This document shows, one piece after another, positions 1-7,484 of a DNA stretch of 45,563 nucleotides. Location of the stretch: assembly GCA_043727235.1 (NCBI GenBank), contig JAYSYX010000048.1:1-45563 (forward strand). The letters run 5' to 3'. Both the position numbers and the translations under genes were made by a program. How positions within the stretch are numbered: the first letter of the stretch is position 1; each line of letters starts with the position of its first letter. The DNA comes from Bacteroidota bacterium (GTDB taxonomy: Bacteria; Bacteroidota; Bacteroidia; Chitinophagales; BACL12). The notes beneath the pieces were generated by a model. The model saw only the letters and a list, made by a program, of their open reading frames with translations. It ran no database searches and was not told where the DNA came from.

Positions 1-248
1 GTAAAAACTTGCGCTTTCGGATTATTGGATAATTTATTCCTAATTTCAATTATTCCGTTATAATTTTCAGCAATATAAAAATTGTTATAATCGCGAGTAG
101 AATCTACCTGAACTTTTGGAAAAGATGAAGACTTAGTTGATGTATCAGAATTTGTTTTAATTGAATTTAAGTTTTCAATATCATTTTTTTCATTTGAGGA
201 ACAACTACAAACTAAAACATAACCAAAAAGAAGCAGATATTTATTCAC
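1..248 (-). CDS. lipoprotein, N-terminal part only (gene continues beyond left edge)
   Basis: The minus frame is open from GTG 248-246 to position 1, with an in-frame stop just upstream (260-258). It starts MNKYLLLFGYVLVCSCSSNEKND.., a short hydrophobic signal ending in a lipobox-like Cys. It is absent from the ORF track because it is truncated. Confidence 0.4.
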   Translation of the reverse strand, partial: MNKYLLLFGYVLVCSCSSNEKNDIENLNSIKTNSDTSTKSSSFPKVQVDSTRDYNNFYIAENYNGIIEIRNKLSNNPKAQVF

Positions 249-365
249 AGGATAAAATTAGAAAATATTTGCAGAACACACCGTTTGTTTTCTTTGGTCG
301 TTTGCCCTTAGTGAGACCCTCGCTGGGAGCGAGAGCCTCACTATCTCGCGGGTAGGAAATCTTTT

Positions 366-503
366 AAAATCCCACCGTTTGTTTTCCCGTGATAAAAAAA
401 AGGAGGAAGGAGTGAGGAAAAAGGAGTTCAAATTTCTTTCGAAATTTTATTAAATTCCACCATTTGTTTTCCCGATTCCTGTGTCACGATACCCGTGTCT
501 CAC
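366..503 (+). repeat. family-A composite intergenic repeat, copy A1
   Basis: Modules in order: CCACCGTTTGTTTTCC box (372-387), AGGAGnn x4 (401-428), hairpin AAATTTC-TTTC-GAAATTT (430-447), second CCACCATTTGTTTTCC box (457-472), then a pyrimidine-rich tail reaching the rluB stop codon. The same module order occurs at 3904-4052, 9786-9978 and 25846-26078. Confidence 0.75.
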
Positions 504-1930
504 TTCAAATACTTCAACTTAATTATCTCCCTCTCCGCTAAATATCTCCATCTTCCTCTCGGAAGGTCGCGTTTGGTTAATCCGGCATAAAGTGTTCTGT
601 CGAGACGCTCTACTTTGTATCCAAGCGATTCAAATATTCGGCGTACAATTCTGTTTTTTCCGATGTGTAAGGAAATACCTAAAATATTTCTTTGGGTGTG
701 ATGTGCGTAGTCTATTCCATCAACAATTGCCAATCCATCTTCCAGCATTACTCCATCAGAAATTCTTTGCATGTCGGCTTGTGTTACCGGTTTATCAACT
801 TCCACTTCGTATATCTTTTTAGCTCCAAAACTTGGATGCGCTAATTTTTGTGCTAGGTCGCCGTCGTTGGTCAACAATAATAATCCTGTTGTATTTCTGT
901 CTAATCTTCCCACAGGAAAAACGCGTTCTGTTGTTGCATTGGAAATTAATTCCATTACCGTATTTCTTCCTTTATCATCCTCTACTGTTGTTAAATAATC
1001 TTTTGGTTTATTCAACAAAATATACACATAATTAACCGGTTTAACCGGTTTGTTCTTATATTTTACACTGTCGCCGGGTTTTACTTTGTAACCCATTTCG
1101 CGCACTACTTTTCCATTAACGGTAACTTCTCCTTTTTCAATTATTTCATCACATTTTCTGCGCGCCGCTACACCTGAATTAGCGAGGTATTTATTCAATC
1201 GTGTACCATCCTCCGACAAAGGAGTTGGTTTCGATAAATTTAATGTAGATGGATTTTTTACCAGGCCGGGTCTTTTATTTACCTTTCTTTTTTCACTGAA
1301 TTTTTGCAGATTTTTTACAAATTTAGTTTTACCGCTTTCTTTTTCAGTTTTCTTAAATTCGGGTTCTATTTTAGTTGTGCCAAATCTGTTTTCTTTGTCT
1401 TCATTTTTAGTAGTGAAATTTTTTCTGTCGCGATCTTTAGAATGATTTCTATTTTCTTTAAAACTTTTTTTCGGATTAGATTCTGTCTTATCTCCATATC
1501 TGCTTTTCTTTTCCTCTCGCCTGGCATTTTTTATGTCTTCTTTATTTATACCATAACGCTGAGGTTCAGAAAATTTGCTGTGAAAAGGTTTTTTATCCAG
1601 TGGTTTCTTAATTTCGCCCACTTCCGGCTTTCGGGTATCCGTATTTTTTTTGCTTAAAGACGGTGTGTGTCTTACCCCATTTTCATCGGGTTTTTTGGAG
1701 TATTTTTTTGCCCTTTCCAAACGCTCTTGTTTGCGGTTGGGATTGCTTTTGGGAGCAACATCCTTTTTATTGAGATCGGGTTTGAACTCAGGCCTTTTAC
1801 GATCAGTAGATCGGGGAGAATCTTCAGTTCTCTTCCGGTTGGTCGTTGTCTGGCTGGTTCTCTTCGCCGGACGATCCGAGTTCCGGTTCGTCTTGTTGTT
1901 CGTTCTCTTCATAATTTTCTTGTTGGGCAT
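500..1930 (-). CDS. rluB: 23S rRNA pseudouridine synthase, RsuA/RluB family, with long basic low-complexity N-terminal extension
   Basis: The C-terminal ~240 aa has an S4 domain (LNKYLANSGVAARRKCDEIIEKGEVTVNGK) and a synthase core with the catalytic-Asp motif PVGRLDRNTTGLLLLTNDG. The first ~235 aa are K/R/E/N/P/T-rich. The start is uncertain: all ATGs lie in the overlap with scpB, and an in-frame TTG lies further downstream. Confidence 0.8.
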   Translation of the reverse strand: MPNKKIMKRTNNKTNRNSDRPAKRTSQTTTNRKRTEDSPRSTDRKRPEFKPDLNKKDVAPKSNPNRKQERLERAKKYSKKPDENGVRHTPSLSKKNTDTRKPEVGEIKKPLDKKPFHSKFSEPQRYGINKEDIKNARREEKKSRYGDKTESNPKKSFKENRNHSKDRDRKNFTTKNEDKENRFGTTKIEPEFKKTEKESGKTKFVKNLQKFSEKRKVNKRPGLVKNPSTLNLSKPTPLSEDGTRLNKYLANSGVAARRKCDEIIEKGEVTVNGKVVREMGYKVKPGDSVKYKNKPVKPVNYVYILLNKPKDYLTTVEDDKGRNTVMELISNATTERVFPVGRLDRNTTGLLLLTNDGDLAQKLAHPSFGAKKIYEVEVDKPVTQADMQRISDGVMLEDGLAIVDGIDYAHHTQRNILGISLHIGKNRIVRRIFESLGYKVERLDRTLYAGLTKRDLPRGRWRYLAEREIIKLKYLK

Positions 1931-2633
1931 CGTCGCGACGCTCGTTAGTCAGGACCTCTTCCTGAGTGTTATCTTCCAAAACGGGTTCAGTTTCCATTTC
2001 CGTTTCTATACGGCGACCATTATTTAACGTCACCTGATTGTAGGCATCTTCTTCACTCATGGTTTCCATGATCTCGGAAGGAGCACCAATACTCATATCC
2101 TTTTGCTCAAATTCTTTCAAACGCGGCAATTCTTCCAATCCGTTTATGCCGAAATAATCCATAAAATACTGTGTAGTTCCATATAATAATGGCCGGCCTG
2201 CCGTATCACTTCTGCCGATGATCTTAATAAGATCCCTTTCCATCAGTTTCTGAATGGTATGGTCGCAGTTTACACCGCGTATTTGCTCAATCTCAATTTT
2301 TGTGATGGGTTGGGAATAAGCAATCATCGAAAGACACTCTAAAGCAGCTACCGACAATTTTCGTTTTGCCCTGTGTTGCAATAAAGTGGTAATGGGTTTG
2401 TGATAGTAAGGTTTTGACAGAAACTGATAACCGCCGCCGGTTTTAACGATCTCAAATACAAAATCGTCGCTTTCGTATTTGGTTTGCAGTGCATCAACAT
2501 GCTCCTGAATAGCTTCCAGACTCACTTCCTCCCCCGAATAGGTAAAAAGTATAGTTTGTAATTCAGCTGCAGTTATTGGCTGTTCGGAGCTGAAAATAAG
2601 GGCTTCTAAAAGTTTATGCAATTCATTCATCAC
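1824..2633 (-). CDS. scpB: segregation and condensation protein B with acidic C-terminal tail
   Basis: The N-terminus LLEALIFSSEQPITAAELQ and the two winged-helix-like halves are typical of ScpB. It lies directly upstream of rluB, as in many bacteria. The last ~85 aa are E/D/Q/N-rich. The first codon is GTG, followed by ATG. Confidence 0.9.
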   Translation of the reverse strand: MMNELHKLLEALIFSSEQPITAAELQTILFTYSGEEVSLEAIQEHVDALQTKYESDDFVFEIVKTGGGYQFLSKPYYHKPITTLLQHRAKRKLSVAALECLSMIAYSQPITKIEIEQIRGVNCDHTIQKLMERDLIKIIGRSDTAGRPLLYGTTQYFMDYFGINGLEELPRLKEFEQKDMSIGAPSEIMETMSEEDAYNQVTLNNGRRIETEMETEPVLEDNTQEEVLTNERRDDAQQENYEENEQQDEPELGSSGEENQPDNDQPEEN

Positions 2634-2637
2634 GGCG

Positions 2638-2645
2638 CAAAGCTA
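2638..2645 (-). promoter_or_regulatory. candidate Bacteroidota -7 box (TAGCTTTG) for scpB
   Basis: The minus strand reads TAGCTTTG, matching TAnnTTTG, only 4 nt before the GTG/ATG of scpB. This suggests a leaderless or near-leaderless mRNA. Confidence 0.35.
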
Positions 2646-2718
2646 AACAATTGTGCTGTTTTATGACGTGTTTTGGAGAGATTTTTGTGTATTGCCAATC
2701 GCTTTTCCATCAAATGTA

Positions 2719-2726
2719 TAACTTTG
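2719..2726 (+). promoter_or_regulatory. candidate -7 box (TAACTTTG) for the thioredoxin-fold gene
   Basis: Matches TAnnTTTG 5 nt upstream of the ATG at 2732. This argues against the longer TTG-2651 ORF start. Confidence 0.35.
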
Positions 2727-2731
2727 GATCG

Positions 2732-3904
2732 ATGAAATATTTTACGGTTTTCTTCTTCTTGTTGAGCATTTCCACAAATAAAATTCTTTCACAATCGATC
2801 AATTTCAGGTCATTAACGTTGGAGGAAGCGGTTAAAACTTCGGCTATAGAAGGTAAACCTGTTTTATTTATGGCCTATCAATCAACATGCGGACATTGCG
2901 AAAAAATGTTGAATGAAGTTTTTATCGACACCGTACTCGCTAACTTTTACAATAAAAACTATATCTGCATAAAAGAAGATCTGCAGGAACCCGACAAAGC
3001 AAAATCGTACTTAAAAAGGTTTTATATCACCTCCTTTCCCACTTTTATAATTTTAAACAGCAATGCTGAATTGTTATATCAATTTGTTGGGGAATTTAAA
3101 ACGGAAGAATTTATTAATCAGGGGAGATTAGCTCTTGATCCCAAAAATCAAATACCGACAGTAAAAACCGCATTTGAAAAAAACACGAAAGATTCCACGG
3201 CTTGTTATAATTATTTATTGGTTTTATCGCGGGGAAGATTACAAACGCAATCGGTTGCAAATATGTATTTTCATGCACATGATAAAAATCCGGAGATCAC
3301 AGCTGCAAACTGGAAAATATTCAGCATGAGTGTGAGTGACATGGGTTCGGAAGTATTTAAGTATATGATTAAAAACAGGGATGCTTTTGGTGCAATTGTA
3401 ACGCCAAAAAAAGTTGATAGAAAAATATATCTCACCGCAGCCTATAATTTGCAATCGCCGGCTAACTCAAATGACACAACAGTATACTTTAAAAACAGAA
3501 AAGCTGCGGAGCAATTACATCTGCAAATTGTGGATTCACTAATATTTATAAACGATCTCAATGTTTATGAAAAAAATAAACTTTGGGATAATTATATGAT
3601 CGTTGCCCTAAAAGGAACTGAACGTTTTGTTTGGAACGATGCGAACTACCTGCGCAGGATATCCGATGTTTTTATCAAGAATGGCAGTGATGCAGATGCA
3701 TTAGATAAGGCTGTAAAATTTGCAGTGCGCTGCGCGGAACTTCGACCTGAATATTATAATTATTTAGTTGCAGCAAATTTATATCTTAAGGTAAACGACA
3801 AAATACATGCTAAAGAATATGCATTAAAAGCAAAGGATGTTGGATTGTATAACAATATGAATGTTAGTGAAGCGAATTTAGTGATTACACAATGTGAGAA
3901 TTAG
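2732..3904 (+). CDS. secreted thioredoxin-fold protein (CGHC active site) with helical C-terminal domain
   Basis: From M28 of the ORF the sequence is MKYFTVFFFLLSISTNKILSQ (signal peptide). The thioredoxin-like core is KPVLFMAYQSTCGHCEKM...FPTFIILN. The remaining ~280 aa have no motif I recognise. Confidence 0.75.
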   Translation: MKYFTVFFFLLSISTNKILSQSINFRSLTLEEAVKTSAIEGKPVLFMAYQSTCGHCEKMLNEVFIDTVLANFYNKNYICIKEDLQEPDKAKSYLKRFYITSFPTFIILNSNAELLYQFVGEFKTEEFINQGRLALDPKNQIPTVKTAFEKNTKDSTACYNYLLVLSRGRLQTQSVANMYFHAHDKNPEITAANWKIFSMSVSDMGSEVFKYMIKNRDAFGAIVTPKKVDRKIYLTAAYNLQSPANSNDTTVYFKNRKAAEQLHLQIVDSLIFINDLNVYEKNKLWDNYMIVALKGTERFVWNDANYLRRISDVFIKNGSDADALDKAVKFAVRCAELRPEYYNYLVAANLYLKVNDKIHAKEYALKAKDVGLYNNMNVSEANLVITQCEN

Positions 3905-4052
3905 AAATAGGAAATAGGAAATAAGACATAGGAAAACAAACGGTGGGATTTAGGGAGATGTGAAACTGGACGCGGGAATCGGGACGCGGGAATCGGGAAA
4001 ACAAACGGTGGGATTTAGTAAAATTTCGCAAGAAATTTAAACTCCTTTCTCC
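3904..4052 (-). repeat. family-A composite repeat, copy A2 (inverted orientation)
   Basis: On the plus strand: GAAATAG-type 7-mers x5 (3904-3938), GGAAAACAAACGGTGG box, CGCGGGA/ATCGGGA 7-mers x4 (3971-3998), a second GGAAAACAAACGGTGG box, hairpin AAATTTC-GCAA-GAAATTT (4021-4038), then CTCCTTTCTCC. This is the reverse complement of the A-unit order and fills the spacer between two convergent genes. Confidence 0.75.
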
Positions 4053-4289
4053 TTATTCATTACTCCTTTTAATAAATGGCAACAAAGAAACAATTGCCCA
4101 TATTCCCTCCAATACTACAAAGGGATAAAATTGCAATAATAAAGATGAAATACATGCGATTACTGCACCTGAGAAATTAAGTGTGATATAAATTATTCCT
4201 GTATGAGAAATGATATTTCTTAAGTGTAAAAAATAGGCAAGCAATAATAAAGTAACTCCAATTGTTCCGAGAATGTTTGAAATTTCCAT
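4053..4289 (-). CDS. small integral membrane protein (about 3 hydrophobic segments)
   Basis: 78-aa ORF, strongly hydrophobic (ILGTIGVTLLLLAYFL.., GAVIACISSLLLQFYPFVVLEGIWAIVSLL). I recognise no family. Confidence 0.5.
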   Translation of the reverse strand: MEISNILGTIGVTLLLLAYFLHLRNIISHTGIIYITLNFSGAVIACISSLLLQFYPFVVLEGIWAIVSLLPFIKRSNE

Positions 4290-4679
4290 AAAAAATTGTT
4301 AAGTATCAAAAGTAGATAAATAAAATTGTATCCTATAAAAAGAATATTCTTTCCAGTACCTGTTTTCCAATTAAAATGCGGTTATATTTTGTCCATTTAT
4401 TTTAAACGTTATCGCATTAAAATTTATTAAAATTTAATTTACAATTTACCTTATTGTTCTTTTTACACCATAAAACTGCAAAAAACATCGAAAATCAATG
4501 TTATTCAGACTGCTCACGAAAATAAATATCCTAAAAAATTTGGAAATACAGACTTTAGATGTTTAGATTTGGTAATAAGTTAACACCACTTAAAAACACA
4601 AGTTTGCCCGCAATATCACCTTACAATGCCGGGAATTTGAAAACAATTTTTTCTTTTCTAACACTCAAACACATTTATT

Positions 4680-7391
4680 ATGACGAAAAATTTCACACAA
4701 AATCGCATGAAAAAGCTGTCGGCTTTTGTTACTGGCGGTAAAATGCGAACAGCCGCGTTCCTTTTAGCTCTTATGCTATCTGCGTCTTTGTTTGCACAAA
4801 CATTTGTTAGCGTATTACCTATGGCTTCTAACGCAACATCAGGTAACGGTCGTGCACCCCAGGGTACTAGGTTATTTATCAACACGATGTACATCATCTT
4901 CCCTTCTGAAATGACAGCTTCCGGTTACGGTGCTGACAATATCACTTCTGTAGGTTGGACCTGGAACAACCCCCTAGGCGCGGGCGCACCTACTACTCAA
5001 AGTATTGCTACTACAGGTAGTCTTAAAATTTGGGTTCAAAGCACAACCGATCTTGCTTATACAAAGGGTACCACATTTTCTACTGCCGGTATGACCAAAA
5101 TTTACGATGGCACTATAACTATTCCGGCTACTGCTGCCCAAATTAATATTGACCTACCTGTCGGCGGGCCGGGAACTTCTGTTTTTACCACTATAGCTGG
5201 ACAGGGAGTATACGTTGCATTTGAATACCAAACAACTACAACTTTAGCCACTCCAATTGGGGCTCCAACTGTTTCTTGTAATGCATTAATCACGGGTAGT
5301 GCTGCAACTTATCAAAGTCAAACTGTGAATGGAACTGCTATGGTACTTACGGCATTCAGACCTGAAACAAGATTCGGCACGGTGAATTCTGATATAATTC
5401 AGGTTCAGAATCTTTATACACTTGGAACAACTGCTGCATTATTTGGAAATCCACAGCCATTGCAGGCGATAGTAAAAAATGTTTCTGCCGTTTCACACTC
5501 CTTTAATGTAGATTTTACTATTTTAGAAAAGGCAACATTAACGGTAAGACATTCATCATCCATACCGGTAATTTTAGGCGCGGGATTAACTGCTACAGTT
5601 GATGACCTTGGATGGAATGCTACTTTAACAGAACTTGATACAGCAATTGTTTCCGTTACTCCAATAGTAGGTGAAACTATAACCGCTAACAATTCAAAAG
5701 GATATCGTCATAATGTAACTCCTGACTCCTATAATTATTCTGATTTATCTACAAGCACAGGTGGTGTTGGATATGGATTAGGCTCAGGTTTAATATTAAA
5801 CAGATATCATATTGATGGTTGCAGCAATGTACCGCAGGTAAGAGTATATATGGGCGATGCAAATAGTGCATTTAACATAGTATATGCTGTTGTATTGGAT
5901 GCCGCAGGAGTTATAGTTGGCCAATCTGCTGATTATACAATTATGCCTGCAGATATTGGTACTTATGTAACATTCGATATTGAAACTCCACCAAATTTTA
6001 CAGATGCTTATGTTTATGTTGGCCTTGCTCAAACTATAAGTGTAATTGCTTATTATCCAGTTGGAACTCAGGCAGAGCCATTTCCTGCCCGCAGTAATGC
6101 CTATTATGCAACAGGACTAGCGGGTGGAATTCCTTTAATGTATACCACCTTAGGTCGTTTTATGATTGAAGGTGTTATCACACCACTTTCAACAACTCCA
6201 ACTACCTCCGGAGACGCTACTTTATGTCTTGGTGACGAAATGGATATTTCTGTTATAGATGGTATCTTAAATCCTTATGCTACATATAATTGGTATACTG
6301 ATGGATGTGGAACAACCTTAGTTGGAACCGGAAGTACAATTTCTGTATCTCCAACTATAAATACTACCTATTATGTTCGTGCTGAAGACCCTTGTAATGG
6401 CGTGAATACCGCATGCGGCTCTTTAACTATTACTATTGATATTCCAGAAACCTATTATGCGGATACAGATGGAGATACTTATGGTGATGCAGGTTCTACA
6501 ACCCTAGCATGTAGTTTACCGGGTGGTTATTCAGCCGATAACACAGATTGTGATGATACCCAGTCCACCGTTTATCCTGGTAATCCCGAAGTTTGCGATG
6601 GACTTGATAATGACTGTAATGGCACCATTGATGAAGAAACTGCTTCTGCAACAGTTTCCCCTGCCGGCACTGCTTCCGGTTGCAAAGATATCGGTGTTGT
6701 ACTTACCGCAAATGCAGGAGTAGGTTATACCTATCAGTGGTTTAAAAATGGAAACGTTATAATTGGGGCAACTAATATCACTTATACCGCAAATAAACCG
6801 GCTTATTATCAGGTACAGGTAAATATTCCTGAAGGTTGTTTTGCATTATCTTCCCCAACCCTGGTTTCCATCAATCCGGCTCCTAATGCAAATATCTCTG
6901 CTCCTAACGGAACCAGTCTTTGCACAACGGTAAAATTGAAAGCTTCTTATGATGCCACTTATTCCTGGCAGTGGAAATTAGCGGGCACACCAATTGGCGG
7001 TGCTACCACATATCAATATTTTCCAGTAACAGCCGGTAGCTATAGTTGCATGATCACAAATGCTTTTGGATGTTCCAGAGAGACTGCAGCGATTGTTGTT
7101 ACCGCTTGTAAGGAAGGAGAATCGATAGAAGCTTCTTTTGACGTATATCCAAATCCAAGCACAGGACTTACCAATATTAACCTAAATATGGGTGGCTCTA
7201 ACGCTGAATTAGCCTTTATTAAAGTGTATAATATACTTGGGGATATGGTTTATTCAGCAACAGCACCTGTAAATAATGGCACTGTTCAGGAAAGTATCAA
7301 CCTGAATTACCCGGCAGGAGTTTATCTTATCAAAATAACCGTTGATGGATCTGAACAAGAATATAACTCAAAAGTTGTTTTAACAAAATAA
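4680..7391 (+). CDS. T9SS-secreted surface protein (unknown N-terminal region, one MopE-like Cys/Asp module, two Ig-like repeats, type A CTD)
   Basis: Signal peptide MRTAAFLLALMLSASLFAQ; the true start may be ATG 4707 or 4743. Contains the module YYADTDGDTYGD...DCDDTQSTVYPGNPEVCDGLDNDCNGTIDE. The C-terminus FDVYPNPSTGLTNINL...YLIKITVDG...KVVLTK matches the Por-secretion-tail pattern. Confidence 0.85.
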   Translation: MTKNFTQNRMKKLSAFVTGGKMRTAAFLLALMLSASLFAQTFVSVLPMASNATSGNGRAPQGTRLFINTMYIIFPSEMTASGYGADNITSVGWTWNNPLGAGAPTTQSIATTGSLKIWVQSTTDLAYTKGTTFSTAGMTKIYDGTITIPATAAQINIDLPVGGPGTSVFTTIAGQGVYVAFEYQTTTTLATPIGAPTVSCNALITGSAATYQSQTVNGTAMVLTAFRPETRFGTVNSDIIQVQNLYTLGTTAALFGNPQPLQAIVKNVSAVSHSFNVDFTILEKATLTVRHSSSIPVILGAGLTATVDDLGWNATLTELDTAIVSVTPIVGETITANNSKGYRHNVTPDSYNYSDLSTSTGGVGYGLGSGLILNRYHIDGCSNVPQVRVYMGDANSAFNIVYAVVLDAAGVIVGQSADYTIMPADIGTYVTFDIETPPNFTDAYVYVGLAQTISVIAYYPVGTQAEPFPARSNAYYATGLAGGIPLMYTTLGRFMIEGVITPLSTTPTTSGDATLCLGDEMDISVIDGILNPYATYNWYTDGCGTTLVGTGSTISVSPTINTTYYVRAEDPCNGVNTACGSLTITIDIPETYYADTDGDTYGDAGSTTLACSLPGGYSADNTDCDDTQSTVYPGNPEVCDGLDNDCNGTIDEETASATVSPAGTASGCKDIGVVLTANAGVGYTYQWFKNGNVIIGATNITYTANKPAYYQVQVNIPEGCFALSSPTLVSINPAPNANISAPNGTSLCTTVKLKASYDATYSWQWKLAGTPIGGATTYQYFPVTAGSYSCMITNAFGCSRETAAIVVTACKEGESIEASFDVYPNPSTGLTNINLNMGGSNAELAFIKVYNILGDMVYSATAPVNNGTVQESINLNYPAGVYLIKITVDGSEQEYNSKVVLTK

Positions 7392-7413
7392 AACAGCCCT
7401 TTAATAAAAAAAA

Positions 7414-7442
7414 GGTTACCCGGTTCGGGTAACCTTTTTTTT
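7414..7442 (+). terminator. rho-independent terminator (bidirectional-looking)
   Basis: Perfect 9-bp stem GGTTACCCG/CGGGTAACC with a 3-nt loop. It is preceded by an A-run and followed by a T-run, 23 nt after the stop at 7391. Confidence 0.8.
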
Positions 7443-7484
7443 ATTTTTCTTATAATGACCTATATTTACAATAGTTTTCAGGCT

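Noticed and set aside
161-355. Small ORFs 161-355, 4559-4741, 4658-4897, 31359-31607, 33870-34136 and 41626-41820
   Set aside because: They overlap better-supported genes or consist of repeat-family sequence. None has a recognisable motif or a plausible promoter/start context.
592-2027. Several long plus-strand ORFs (592-822, 771-998, 1304-1657, 1650-2027, 1667-1948) antisense to rluB/scpB
   Set aside because: They lie opposite well-supported genes. Their products are Phe/Leu/Ser-rich low complexity, caused by the purine-rich coding strand (few stop codons on the complement). No motifs are present.
2651-2731. Upstream ORF extensions at 2651-2731, 7455-7484, 10063-10119, 36806-36910 and 36881-36973
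   Set aside because: In each case a downstream ATG gives a canonical signal peptide or family-typical N-terminus. The extension is Cys/Phe-rich or overlaps the divergent gene or promoter motifs. These calls remain uncertain without experimental data.
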